From NCBI GenBank assembly GCA_963700145.1, contig OY969474.1, positions 1,952,001 to 2,016,000 of the forward strand: a stretch of 64,000 nucleotides of DNA, read 5' to 3'. Origin of the DNA: an uncultured Acidobacteriota bacterium (GTDB taxonomy: Bacteria > Acidobacteriota > Thermoanaerobaculia > Multivoradales > UBA5704). The notes beneath the pieces are model-generated. The model ran no database searches, was not told the DNA's origin, and was given only the letters and a program-made list of their open reading frames with translations. The translations under genes were made by a program, and so were the position numbers. Every line of letters starts with the position of its first letter. The stretch's first letter is position 1. Positions 51,898 through 61,155 of the stretch are shown here, in pieces.

Positions 51898-52992
51898 ATG
51901 CGCGAACTGAAATATGAAGGAGTTGGTGGCGGCAGCTTCGTACATCCGGAGCTGGAGGAGATCGCGGCCTATCTCGACGGCCAGCTCTCGCGTGCGGAGC
52001 GGGCGGGAATTACGCGGCATCTGTCCGTCTGTACGGAGTGCCTCGAGCTGTTCACCGAGACCGCGCACGTGCTGCGGGAGACTAGCGCCGAGACGGCTGG
52101 AGGGGACGTAGTCCCTTTCGTTAGGCCCTCCCGGCCTTCATGGCGATGGCTGCCCTACGCGGCGGCCGCGATGGTGCTGTTCGCGCTGGCCGTACCCACC
52201 TACCGGCTTCTCCCGGAGGCGACGATCGAGGCGGCGCGCCAGCGCTTCCGGCCGATCGTCAAGACACTCGCCTTCTGGGCAGGACGGGAGATGGAGGTGG
52301 CGGAGGTCTTGGAGCCGCTGACGGCAACCAAAGACTTGGAGCAGGTGCGGGCGGAGCTGGTGCTAGCGCGGGCGGATTCGGAGCGGCCGCCCGTGATCTG
52401 GAAGGGTGAGACCTATCGCGGCGGTGAACAGCCGGAGGCAGAGGCCTTCAGAGCGCTGCAAGTGCTCGTGGGAGCTCACTTGGTCGGCTTTCAGGAAGCC
52501 CTGGAGGCGGGCGATGCCATGGCTGCCGGCGATGCGGGACGGCGGGCGGCTAATTACATGATGAGCCAGGGCATTCTTCTCGAATCGGAGGAGAAGCGCT
52601 TCAGCGACGCGGTCATCGACCTGGAGGTCAAGGGAGCTCCGACGAGTCGCTACTCGCGACTGGTTGAGCAGACCAGCCAAGCGATCGAAGACAGCTTCGC
52701 CGGGCCCTCCTACGAACTGGGGAAGTGGGCGCAGGCCGGGTACATCGCCTCGCGGATCGGGAACGGCGCCTGGTTCGAGCGCCGGGTCAACCGGCGGCTC
52801 CTCTCCTACCTGCTGCGGCAGGACGACGAGATCGACCCGGAAGCCCGGAAGGCGCTGGAGAACATCCGGCAGGTCTGGGGCCGAGGGAAGCTGCGGCCAG
52901 CGGAGATCGCCGGGCTTTCGGGGCAGTTCCAGGCGATCCTGGACCGTTACGAGGATCTCAGCGATCAGGACACGCTCTTCTATGAAGATTGA
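51898..52992 (+). CDS. zf-HC2 anti-sigma factor with TM helix
   Basis: HP..EIAAYLDG.L..HLSVCTEC (HxxxCxxC) followed by a TM segment. Confidence 0.85.
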   Translation: MRELKYEGVGGGSFVHPELEEIAAYLDGQLSRAERAGITRHLSVCTECLELFTETAHVLRETSAETAGGDVVPFVRPSRPSWRWLPYAAAAMVLFALAVPTYRLLPEATIEAARQRFRPIVKTLAFWAGREMEVAEVLEPLTATKDLEQVRAELVLARADSERPPVIWKGETYRGGEQPEAEAFRALQVLVGAHLVGFQEALEAGDAMAAGDAGRRAANYMMSQGILLESEEKRFSDAVIDLEVKGAPTSRYSRLVEQTSQAIEDSFAGPSYELGKWAQAGYIASRIGNGAWFERRVNRRLLSYLLRQDDEIDPEARKALENIRQVWGRGKLRPAEIAGLSGQFQAILDRYEDLSDQDTLFYED

Positions 52993-53040
52993 GTCCCACC
53001 GAGCCGGTGTCCACGGGAGCGGACGTTCCATCCCAGGCGC

Positions 53041-53334
53041 CGGGAATTGACCTCCGAAGGCCGGGAAATAAGTCTCCGAGGCCTCAAGATCTATCTCCGG
53101 GTTCGGAAGATAGATCTCCGAGGCCTGGAGATGTATCTCGAACGCCCGGAGATATATCTCCAGGGCCAGAAGATCTATCTCCAAGGCCGGGAGATAGATC
53201 TCCGGCGGTCGGAGATAGATCTTCCGGCGCGGAAGATGTATCTCGGGCGGCTGAAGATACATCTTGGAGACCTGGAGATAGATCTCCAGCCCTTCCAGAT
53301 CTATCTCCAGCGCCCTGAGACTCCCCTGGAGGGC
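53041..53334. repeat. Tandem array of about 14 x 21-bp units with dyad core GGAGAT-NN-ATCTCC
   Basis: Units such as ccggagatatatctccagggc and ctggagatagatctccagccc at exact 21-bp period; degenerate terminal units. Confidence 0.95.
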
Positions 53335-54703
53335 TAGCGGGAGGACCTTGGCCACCCGGCGGGCTGGTCCGGTACTCCTCCAGGAGATCCTGGACCTGCC
53401 GGTAGACCTCCTCGCGCATTGTCCGGAGCTCCGCGGCCAGGCGGCCGCGGGTCCGGAGCAGGAGGTAGGCCCGCGCCTCGCGGGCGAAGTTGAGGCGGGT
53501 TTCATGGAAGCGGAGGGCAGCGTAGCCGGTGAGGGGGGCGGCGGCGACGGCCAGGAGGCCTAGCCAGGGACGGTCGAGCCAGGCGCCGACGGCGATGCCC
53601 TGGGCGATCCAGCAGAGGGGGTAGACGAGGAGGGAGGGGAAGACCTTCCAGGTCGCCACCTGGTCGGGGGCGTGGCTCACCCGGCGGGCGATGGCGGCGA
53701 CGAGGAGATATGGCAGGGCGTTGAGGGCTGTGCCAACGATGGCCACGGGCAGGTGGACGAGGAGGCGCAGCAGGCTCCGGCCGATGAAGCGCGCCACCCC
53801 CCCGGGCGGATACTTCGCCGCCACCTGGTCGTCGCGCACCCTCAGGACCCGCAGCAACCGGTCGTAGCGCCGCACCGCCTCGGCCGCCGCGGCCACCTTC
53901 TCGGGGCAGCGCTCCGCCAGCTCGCGGTAGCCGGCCAGGAGCGCCCGCCGCAGCTCGATTCCTTCCTCCAGGCTCCGCCGCCCGGGCAGCTCCAGCTCGG
54001 GCCGGCCGATCAGCTCCGCCGCCCGCGCGATGAGGCGCGCCTCTTCCCAGGAGGCGTAGTTGAGAGTCACCGCCCGCAGCCCGGCGTCGATCCGCGCCGT
54101 CAGCGCCCGCACCGCCGCCGCCCGCCCGCCCGGCTCCCCCGCCGCCCCGCGGTACGCCGCCGCCTCCGGCGCCGGGTCGATCGGCTCCCCCACCTGGGCG
54201 AACGCCCGCGAGCGGAAGCGCGGGCGGGCGTCGAAGAGGAGCCCCACCGGCACGATCCGCACGCCGAGGTCTCCGAAGCGCTCCTCGGCCTCCAGCGCGA
54301 TCCGCGCCGCGCCGGTCTTCAACGGCTGGAGGCCCGGCAGGTTGTGGCTGATCCCCTCCGGGAAGAGGGCGATCGAGCGTCCGGCCGCCAGCTCCTCGTG
54401 GCACCTGGCGAACGCCTCGACATTTTTCGCCGGGTCCACTCCTTCGTCCTGCCGCCGGTACACCGGGATCGCCCCGCCCGCGGCCAGCAGCGGCCCGAGC
54501 CCAGGCATCTTCCAGAGGGTGTGCTTGGCGAGGAACCGCGCCCGCACCGGCAGGGTCCCGAGGATTAGCAGCGGGTCGACCAGGGCGTTGACGTGGTTGG
54601 CGACCAGCACGAGCGGCCGCCCGCGCGGCAGGCGCTCGAGGCCGGCGACGCCGACTTCGCGGTAGAAGGCGCGGAGCAGGAGGCGGATTAGGCGGACGAT
54701 CAA
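53084..54703 (-). CDS. PlsC-like lysophospholipid acyltransferase with TM domain; C-terminus runs into the repeat array
   Basis: NHVNALVD, FLAK, IPVYR, FPEG motifs. Confidence 0.9.
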   Translation of the reverse strand: MIVRLIRLLLRAFYREVGVAGLERLPRGRPLVLVANHVNALVDPLLILGTLPVRARFLAKHTLWKMPGLGPLLAAGGAIPVYRRQDEGVDPAKNVEAFARCHEELAAGRSIALFPEGISHNLPGLQPLKTGAARIALEAEERFGDLGVRIVPVGLLFDARPRFRSRAFAQVGEPIDPAPEAAAYRGAAGEPGGRAAAVRALTARIDAGLRAVTLNYASWEEARLIARAAELIGRPELELPGRRSLEEGIELRRALLAGYRELAERCPEKVAAAAEAVRRYDRLLRVLRVRDDQVAAKYPPGGVARFIGRSLLRLLVHLPVAIVGTALNALPYLLVAAIARRVSHAPDQVATWKVFPSLLVYPLCWIAQGIAVGAWLDRPWLGLLAVAAAPLTGYAALRFHETRLNFAREARAYLLLRTRGRLAAELRTMREEVYRQVQDLLEEYRTSPPGGQGPPASPPGESQGAGDRSGRAGDLSPGLQDVSSAARDTSSAPEDLSPTAGDLSPGLGDRSSGPGDISPGVRDTSPGLGDLSSEPGDRS

Positions 54704-54714
54704 GCGTCCCTTCC

Positions 54715-54743
54715 CCCAGATCCCTCGCTACGCTCGGGATGAC
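54715..54743. repeat. REP-like element, second copy
   Basis: CCCAGATCCCTCGCTACGCTCGGGATGAC, 25/29 identical to 18680-18708. Confidence 0.65.
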
Positions 54744-54770
54744 ATTGCAAGGGGGAATCCGCGATCGCAG

Positions 54771-56105
54771 CTACGCCGCCGCGCCGCCGCCCGCCCCCCC
54801 TCCCGTCCGCTCCCACTCCTCGGCCACCCGCCGCCCGCGCGCCTCGTCGACCAGCGCCATGCCGAAGAGCCCGAGGAGGAAGAAGGCCGCCGTCGAGAGC
54901 ATCGCCACCCGCTGCGAGCTGGCCGAGGAGATGGCGCCGAAGACGAAGGGCCCCACCATGTAGGCGGCCTTCCCCGAGAGCCCCCAAAAGCCGAAGAACT
55001 CGCCGGCCTTCTGGACCGGCGCGAAGAGGCCGACGAGGGCCCGCGACGCCGACTGCAGCGACCCGATCCCCAGCCCGGCGAAGAGCGCCACGCCCCAGAA
55101 GAGCTGCTTGCCGTCGAGCCCCGCCACGATCTCCTGCCCCGGCACGCAGGCGTAGGCCCCCAGGCAGACCAGGATCCAGATGACCAGCGCCATGCGGATC
55201 GTGCGCACCGCCCCGAAGCGGTCCTGCACCCAGCCGAAGAGGAAGGCGCCCCCGGCCGCCGAGAGCTGCAGCAGCAGGAAGAGCTTGGTCAGCTCGGCGA
55301 AGGTGAAGCCCAGGCTCTGGACGGCGTAGATGCCGGCGAAGGCAACGACCGTCGTCAACCCCGCGTAGTAGACGAAGTAGACCCCCAGGAACTGCGCCAG
55401 CTCGGAGAAGCGGCGCACCTCGGCGGCGGTGGCCGCCAGCCGTGCGAAGCCGGCGCGCACGTACTCCAGCGGCGCCCGCCGCGTGCGCAGCGCCCGCTCG
55501 CGCAGGAAGAGGAATGTCGGCAGGCCGGCCACCAGGAAGAACAGCGCCGTCGCCACCCAGGCGAGGCGCAGGCTCCCCAGGTTCGCCGGCTCGAAGCCGC
55601 CGCGCAGGAGCGGCTGGACCAGGAGCAGCGACCCCAGCCCGCCGAAATAGCCGAGCCCCCAGCCGAACCCCGAGATCCGCCCGACGTTCTCGGGCGTCGA
55701 GATCTCCGGCAGGAAGGCGCCGGCCAGGTTCTCGCCGAAGGAGAAGCCGATGAACGACACGACGAGGAGCGCCACCCCCAGCCCCGCCCGCCCCGGCACC
55801 ACGAGCCAGAGCGCCGCCGTCCCCGCCACGCACAGGGCGTAGGTGGCGAAGAGGAACACCTTCTTCCGCCCCGAGTCGTCGGCGATCGCCCCGACGACCG
55901 GCGACAGCAGCAGGACGAACAGGTTCGCCACCAGGAGCCCCGTCCCCCAGAGGAAGTCCCCCCGCCCCGGCGGCGCCACCAGCGTGGTGAAGTAGACGCT
56001 GAAGGCGACGGTGACGATGATCGTCGTGTAGCTCGAGTTGGCGAAGTCGAACATCGCCCAGGCGAGGATCTCGCGCGGGCGCGGGGGCGTGGAGGGCTCG
56101 GGCAC
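54771..56105 (-). CDS. MFS transporter (UMF1/ATG22-like)
   Basis: AWAMFDFANS, GRISGFGWGLGYFG, EFFGFWGLSGK. Confidence 0.9.
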   Translation of the reverse strand: MPEPSTPPRPREILAWAMFDFANSSYTTIIVTVAFSVYFTTLVAPPGRGDFLWGTGLLVANLFVLLLSPVVGAIADDSGRKKVFLFATYALCVAGTAALWLVVPGRAGLGVALLVVSFIGFSFGENLAGAFLPEISTPENVGRISGFGWGLGYFGGLGSLLLVQPLLRGGFEPANLGSLRLAWVATALFFLVAGLPTFLFLRERALRTRRAPLEYVRAGFARLAATAAEVRRFSELAQFLGVYFVYYAGLTTVVAFAGIYAVQSLGFTFAELTKLFLLLQLSAAGGAFLFGWVQDRFGAVRTIRMALVIWILVCLGAYACVPGQEIVAGLDGKQLFWGVALFAGLGIGSLQSASRALVGLFAPVQKAGEFFGFWGLSGKAAYMVGPFVFGAISSASSQRVAMLSTAAFFLLGLFGMALVDEARGRRVAEEWERTGGGAGGGAAA

Positions 56106-56143
56106 GGGCGCGGCTATGCTACCCCGCGGATGGGCGCCCCGAG

Positions 56144-57016
56144 GTGAAACGCCGCCACCGCCGCGACGGCCGCCGCGCCGCCCCGCGCCCCGTCGCCGTC
56201 TCGCTGCGCGAGTACGCCCGCGGCGTCATCGGCGGCTTCCTCTTCAGCCTGCCGCTCCTTTACACCATGGAGGTCTGGTGGGCCGGCTTCCTCGCCGAGC
56301 CGCTCCACCTCCTCGCCTACCTGGCGGTGGGCTTCCTCCTCCTCCTCGGGTACAACCGCTACCTCGGCCTGCGCCAGGACAGCACCTGGGGCGAGGTTTG
56401 CATCGAGGCGGTCGAGGAGATGGGGCTGGGGATCGCGCTCGCGGCCGCGGCGCTCTGGCTGCTCGGCCGGATCACGGGGGCGATGCCGCTCTCCGAGATG
56501 CTGGGGAAGGTCGTCGTCGAGAGCGTGCCGGTGGCGATCGGCGTCTCCGTCGGGACCGCCCAGCTCGCCGGCCCCTCGAGCGGCGGCGACCCCGACAAGG
56601 GGATGGCGGCGGAGGGCGCGCGCGGCGGCTGGTGGTCGGAGCTGGTGCTCGCCGCCGGCGGCGCCGTCCTCCTCGGCTCCAACGTCGCGCCGACCGAAGA
56701 GGTCCTGGTGATCGCCAACGAGCTCGCGCCGTGGAAGGTCCTGCTGCTGGTCGCCGTCTCGCTGGCGCTCGCCGCGGTCATCCTCCACTACAGCGACTTC
56801 GCCGGCGCGCCCGCGGCGCGCGAGGCCGGTGTCCTGGCGCACGGCGCCGCCGGCGTCGTCGCCGATTACGGCGTGGCCCTGGTTTGCTCGGCCTTCATCC
56901 TCTGGTTCTTCGGTCGCTTCGCCGGCACCGCCCCGGCGCTCTGCCTGGCGCAGACGGTGGTGCTCGGCGTGCCGGCGACGATGGGCGCCGCCGGCGGGCG
57001 GCTCCTCCTGCGCTGA
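56144..57016 (+). CDS. TIGR02587/DUF2391-like membrane protein
   Basis: GGFLFSLPLLYTMEVW, NVAPTEEV, LGVPATMGAAGGRL. Confidence 0.85.
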   Translation: MKRRHRRDGRRAAPRPVAVSLREYARGVIGGFLFSLPLLYTMEVWWAGFLAEPLHLLAYLAVGFLLLLGYNRYLGLRQDSTWGEVCIEAVEEMGLGIALAAAALWLLGRITGAMPLSEMLGKVVVESVPVAIGVSVGTAQLAGPSSGGDPDKGMAAEGARGGWWSELVLAAGGAVLLGSNVAPTEEVLVIANELAPWKVLLLVAVSLALAAVILHYSDFAGAPAAREAGVLAHGAAGVVADYGVALVCSAFILWFFGRFAGTAPALCLAQTVVLGVPATMGAAGGRLLLR

Positions 57017-57022
57017 GCTGCC

Positions 57023-57439
57023 GTGACGAGCCCCGCCAAGCGCAAGCCGCAGGCCCGGGAAGGGAAGAACCCCCTCGAATGGGCCGTCTTCGGGGTCGGC
57101 CTGGTCCTCCTCCTCGCCACCGTCGGGGCGCTCGTCTGGGACGCGGTGCGCGGCGCCGACGATCCCCCCGAGCTGGCGGTCTCCCTGGGCGCGCCCCGGC
57201 GCACGGCCGGCGGCACCCACCGGGTGCCGGTCGTGGTCGTCAACCGCGGCGGCGAGACGGCGGCCGGGGCCCAGGTCGAGGTCGTGCTCACCGGCCCCGG
57301 CGGCGAGGAGCGCGAGCGGGCCGAGCTCACGCTCGACTTCCTGCCGCGCGACTCGCGCCGCGAAGGGGAGGTCTTCTTCCGCGCCGACCCCGCCGGCGGC
57401 CGGCTCGCCGCCCGCGTCGTTGGCTACCAGCTGCCGTGA
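57023..57439 (+). CDS. TIGR02588-like protein
   Basis: NPLEW..F, VNRGGETA, DFLP..S; usual partner of the preceding gene. Confidence 0.8.
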   Translation: MTSPAKRKPQAREGKNPLEWAVFGVGLVLLLATVGALVWDAVRGADDPPELAVSLGAPRRTAGGTHRVPVVVVNRGGETAAGAQVEVVLTGPGGEERERAELTLDFLPRDSRREGEVFFRADPAGGRLAARVVGYQLP

Positions 57440-57481
57440 TACCGTACGTCTCCTGCGCCGTCTCCTAGGTCGCCTCGAGCC

Positions 57482-59371
57482 GTGAGTCACGAGCCCGCGC
57501 GCGCAGCTCCCACCGGCCGCCAGCTCTTCGCCCTCGCCTTGGGCGCCGTCGGCGTCGTCTACGGCGACATCGGCACCAGCCCGCTCTACGCCATGCGGGA
57601 GTGCTTCCACGGCGCCCACGCCACGCTCGACCCGACGCGCGCCAACGTCCTCGGCGTGCTGTCGCTGATCTTCTGGTCGCTCATCCTCATCGTCTCGATC
57701 AAGTACCTGGTCTTCGTCATGCGCGCCGACAACCGCGGCGAGGGGGGGATCCTGGCGCTCCTCGCGCTGGTGCCGCACGACAGCCGCCCGCGCCGCGTCT
57801 GGGCGCTCACCGCGCTCGGCATCTTCGGCGCCGCGCTGCTCTACGGCGACGGCATGATCACGCCGGCGATCTCGGTGCTCTCGGCGATCGAAGGGCTCGA
57901 GGTGGCGACCCCCCTCTTCTCCCGCTGGGTCGTGCCGGTGACGATCGTCATCCTGGTGGCTCTCTTCGCCATCCAGCGGCGCGGCACCGCCGGCATCGGC
58001 GCCGTCTTTGGGCCGATCATGGTCGTCTGGTTCCTGACCATCGGCGCCCTCGGGTTCTCCTGGCTGGTGCGCGACCTGAGCGTCCTGGCGGCCCTCTCCC
58101 CCACCCACGCCGTCACGTTCTTCGTCCGCAACGGCGTGCACGGCTTCCTCACCCTGGGATCGGTCTTCCTGGTGGTGACCGGCGCCGAGGCGCTCTACGC
58201 CGACATGGGACACTTCGGCCGCCGCCCGATCCGGCGCGCCTGGTTCGTCCTCGTCCTGCCGGCGCTCTGCCTCAACTACCTCGGCCAGGGCGTGCTCCTC
58301 CTCCACGAGCCGGCGGCCGTGGACAACCCGTTCTACCGCCTCGCCCCGGACTGGGCGCTCTACCCGCTGGTGGCGCTGGCCACCATGGCCGCAGTGATCG
58401 CCTCGCAGGCCCTCATCTCGGGCGCCTTCTCGCTCACCCGCCAAGCCGTCCAGCTCGGCTTCATACCGCGCCTCGACATCGTCCACACCTCGAAGGAGGA
58501 GATCGGGCAGATCTACATCCCGACGGTCAACTGGGTCTTGATGCTGGCGACGATCGGGCTCGTCGTCGGCTTCCGCAAGTCCACGAACCTGGCCGCCGCC
58601 TACGGCATCGCGGTGACCCTGACGATGGTCATCACCACCATCCTCGCCTACGCCATCGCGCGCGCCCGCTGGGGGATGCGGCGCGCGGTCGTGCTCCCCA
58701 TCGTGCTCTTTTTCCTGGCCATCGACCTCGCCTTCTTCGGCGCCAACGCCGTCAAGGTGCTGCAGGGCGGCTGGTTCCCGCTGGTCGTCGGCTTCTTCGT
58801 CTACACCCTGATGTCCACCTGGAAGGCCGGCCGCCAGCTCCTCTCCGAGCGCCTGGCGCGCGGCGCCGTCCCCTTCGAGGAGTTCGTCAAGACGATCCAG
58901 CCGGGCTCGCCGCCGCGGGTGCCGGGGACGGCCGTCTTCATGTCGCGCGACGCCTTCGCCACCCCCGCCGCTCTCCTCCACAACCTCAAGCACAACAAGG
59001 TGCTCCACGAGCGGGTGGTGCTGCTGACCCTGCTGACCGAGGAGGTCCCCTACGTCGAGCCGGAGGACCGCGTCGACGTGGCCGACCTGGGGAACGGCTT
59101 CTACCGGCTCTGCGCCCGCTACGGCTTCCTGCAGAGCCCGGGGGTGCCGGACGTGCTCGAGCTGACGCGGAAGAAGGGGCTCGACCTCCAGACCATGCAC
59201 ACCACCTTCTTCCTCTCGCGCGAGACCCTCATCCCGAGCCGCAAGCGCGGCATCGCGATCTGGCGCGAGAAGCTCTTCTGGCTGATGGCGCGCAACGCCG
59301 TCCGCCCCACCGACTTCTTCCGCATCCCCCCCAACCGGGTGGTCGAGCTGGGGATGCAGATCCGGCTGTAG
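57482..59371 (+). CDS. kup: Potassium uptake permease Kup
   Basis: GVVYGDIGTSPLY, ADNRGEGG, EALYADMGHFG. Confidence 0.97.
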   Translation: MSHEPARAAPTGRQLFALALGAVGVVYGDIGTSPLYAMRECFHGAHATLDPTRANVLGVLSLIFWSLILIVSIKYLVFVMRADNRGEGGILALLALVPHDSRPRRVWALTALGIFGAALLYGDGMITPAISVLSAIEGLEVATPLFSRWVVPVTIVILVALFAIQRRGTAGIGAVFGPIMVVWFLTIGALGFSWLVRDLSVLAALSPTHAVTFFVRNGVHGFLTLGSVFLVVTGAEALYADMGHFGRRPIRRAWFVLVLPALCLNYLGQGVLLLHEPAAVDNPFYRLAPDWALYPLVALATMAAVIASQALISGAFSLTRQAVQLGFIPRLDIVHTSKEEIGQIYIPTVNWVLMLATIGLVVGFRKSTNLAAAYGIAVTLTMVITTILAYAIARARWGMRRAVVLPIVLFFLAIDLAFFGANAVKVLQGGWFPLVVGFFVYTLMSTWKAGRQLLSERLARGAVPFEEFVKTIQPGSPPRVPGTAVFMSRDAFATPAALLHNLKHNKVLHERVVLLTLLTEEVPYVEPEDRVDVADLGNGFYRLCARYGFLQSPGVPDVLELTRKKGLDLQTMHTTFFLSRETLIPSRKRGIAIWREKLFWLMARNAVRPTDFFRIPPNRVVELGMQIRL

Positions 59372-59374
59372 CGG

Positions 59375-60070
59375 TCAGGCTTCCTCTTCCAGCGGCTCGG
59401 CGATGAAGCGGTAGCCGACCCAGGGCTCGGTGACGATGTAGCGCGGGTTGGCCGGGTCGGGCTCCAGCTTGCGGCGCAGGGCGCCGACGTGGACGCGCGC
59501 CGCGTCCGGGCTGGAGTGCGCCGCCCCGCCGATCCGCTGGAGGATGAGGCGGGCGGAGATCGGCCGGCCGGCGTTGGCGGCCAGCAGCTCCAAGATCGCG
59601 AACTCCCGCGGCGTCAGGTGTACCTCGCGCACTCCCTGCGTGACCAGCCGCCGCTCGGAATCGATCACCAGGTCCGGGAAGCGCAGCAGCGGCCGTTCCG
59701 GCGCCGCGCGCCGGAGCTGCGTCCGCACGCGCGCCAGCAGCTCCGGCAGCGACACCGGCTTGGTCACGAAGTCGTCGGCGCCGAGGTCGAGCGCCCGCAC
59801 CTTGTCCGACTCGCCGCCGCGCACCGACAGCACGATGATCGGCGTCCGCGCCCGCCGCCGCACGCCGGCGATCAGGGCGAAGCCGTCGACGCGCGGCATC
59901 GCCAGGTCGGCGATGACGACGTCGGGCGGCTCGGTCTCGATCGACTCCAACGCCTCGGCCCCGTCCGCCGCCGCGCGCGCTTCGTAGCCCGCGGCCGCCA
60001 GCTCGGCGCAGAGGACGCGGCGGATCGCCGGGTCGTCGTCCACGACCAGCACGGCGCGCGGCCGGCTCAC
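59375..60070 (-). CDS. kdpE: KdpE-like OmpR-family response regulator
   Basis: VLVVDDD, KVRALDLGADDFVTKP, LRRKLEPDPANPRYIVTEPWVGYRF; GTG start 60070. Confidence 0.88.
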   Translation of the reverse strand: MSRPRAVLVVDDDPAIRRVLCAELAAAGYEARAAADGAEALESIETEPPDVVIADLAMPRVDGFALIAGVRRRARTPIIVLSVRGGESDKVRALDLGADDFVTKPVSLPELLARVRTQLRRAAPERPLLRFPDLVIDSERRLVTQGVREVHLTPREFAILELLAANAGRPISARLILQRIGGAAHSSPDAARVHVGALRRKLEPDPANPRYIVTEPWVGYRFIAEPLEEEA

Positions 60071-61146
60071 AGCCCCTCCTCCACCGCGGCGGCCGGCAGC
60101 AGCACCCACGCCGCCACCCCGCCCCCCGACCGCGGCTCCAGCCGCACCGACCCGCCGCTGGCGGCGGCGAAGCGCCGCGCGATCTCGAGGCCCAGGCCGC
60201 GCGGCAGCACCTCGGCCGCCGTCCCCTCCGCGCGCGGGCCGGCGGCGACGATGCCGTGGCCGCGGTCGAGCACCCCGAGCCGCACGCTGCCGTCGCTGCG
60301 CGAGGCCACCAGCTCGACCGGCACCCCCTCGGCGGAGGCGCGGTCGGCGTTCTCGACCAGGTTGACGACGATCTCGAGCGCCAGCGAGGGATCGACGAAG
60401 ACGTCCGGGCAGTCGGCGTCGACCGCCACGCGGAGCGGCCGGGAGAGCAGCGACAGGCTCTCGCGCGCGGCGCGGAAGAGGTCGGCGGCCGGGACCGGCT
60501 CCGGGCGCGGCGAGACGGTCCCGGCCTCGAGGCGGCCCAACGACAGGAGGTCCTCGATCCGCCGCCGCAGGCGCGACACCTCCAGTTCGAGATCGGCGAG
60601 CCGGGCGCGCGCCTCCTCGCCTTCGACCTGCCGCTTCAAGGCATCGACCTGGAAGCTGATCGCGGTCAACGGCGTCGAGAGGTCGTGCGAGACGGCGCGC
60701 AGGAGAGCGGTCTTCAGCTCCTCGCTCTCGCGCAGCGCGTCGATGTGGGCGGTCTCGCGCAGCAGCCGCTCGCGCTCGAGCGCCATCGTCTCCACCCGCC
60801 GCTGCCGGTCCTCGGCGCGGGCGGCCTGGGCGTGCGCTTGCGCCACCAGCCGGCTGGTCAGGACGGCCGACGTCAGGAAGGCGGCGAGCGCCACCCAGTT
60901 CTGCGGGTCGTCGAGGTGGAAGGCGCCGACCGGCGGCAGGAAGAAGAAGTTGAGGCAGGCGGTGGCGGCCAGCGACGCCGCGACGCCCGCCGCCAGCCCG
61001 CCGCGGGCGGCGGCGAGAAGCACAACGACGAGATAGACGAAGGCCGCGGTCAGCGGGTTGAGGGCGGCGAGCCGCGCCGCTCCCGTCGCGGCGAGGACGG
61101 CCGCGCCGGCGGCGGCGGCGCGCCAGGCGGCGGTGCGTCGGCTCAC
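60067..61146 (-). CDS. KdpD-like histidine kinase (4TM DUF4118 + HisKA + HATPase)
   Basis: NFFFLPP, VSHDLSTPL, NLVENA, DRGHG, GLGL. Confidence 0.85.
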   Translation of the reverse strand: MSRRTAAWRAAAAGAAVLAATGAARLAALNPLTAAFVYLVVVLLAAARGGLAAGVAASLAATACLNFFFLPPVGAFHLDDPQNWVALAAFLTSAVLTSRLVAQAHAQAARAEDRQRRVETMALERERLLRETAHIDALRESEELKTALLRAVSHDLSTPLTAISFQVDALKRQVEGEEARARLADLELEVSRLRRRIEDLLSLGRLEAGTVSPRPEPVPAADLFRAARESLSLLSRPLRVAVDADCPDVFVDPSLALEIVVNLVENADRASAEGVPVELVASRSDGSVRLGVLDRGHGIVAAGPRAEGTAAEVLPRGLGLEIARRFAAASGGSVRLEPRSGGGVAAWVLLPAAAVEEGL

Positions 61147-61155
61147 GAGGCGAGT

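Noticed and set aside
44200-53000. Prophage or integrative element call for the lower-GC island
   Set aside because: No integrase, phage genes, tRNA or att repeats seen
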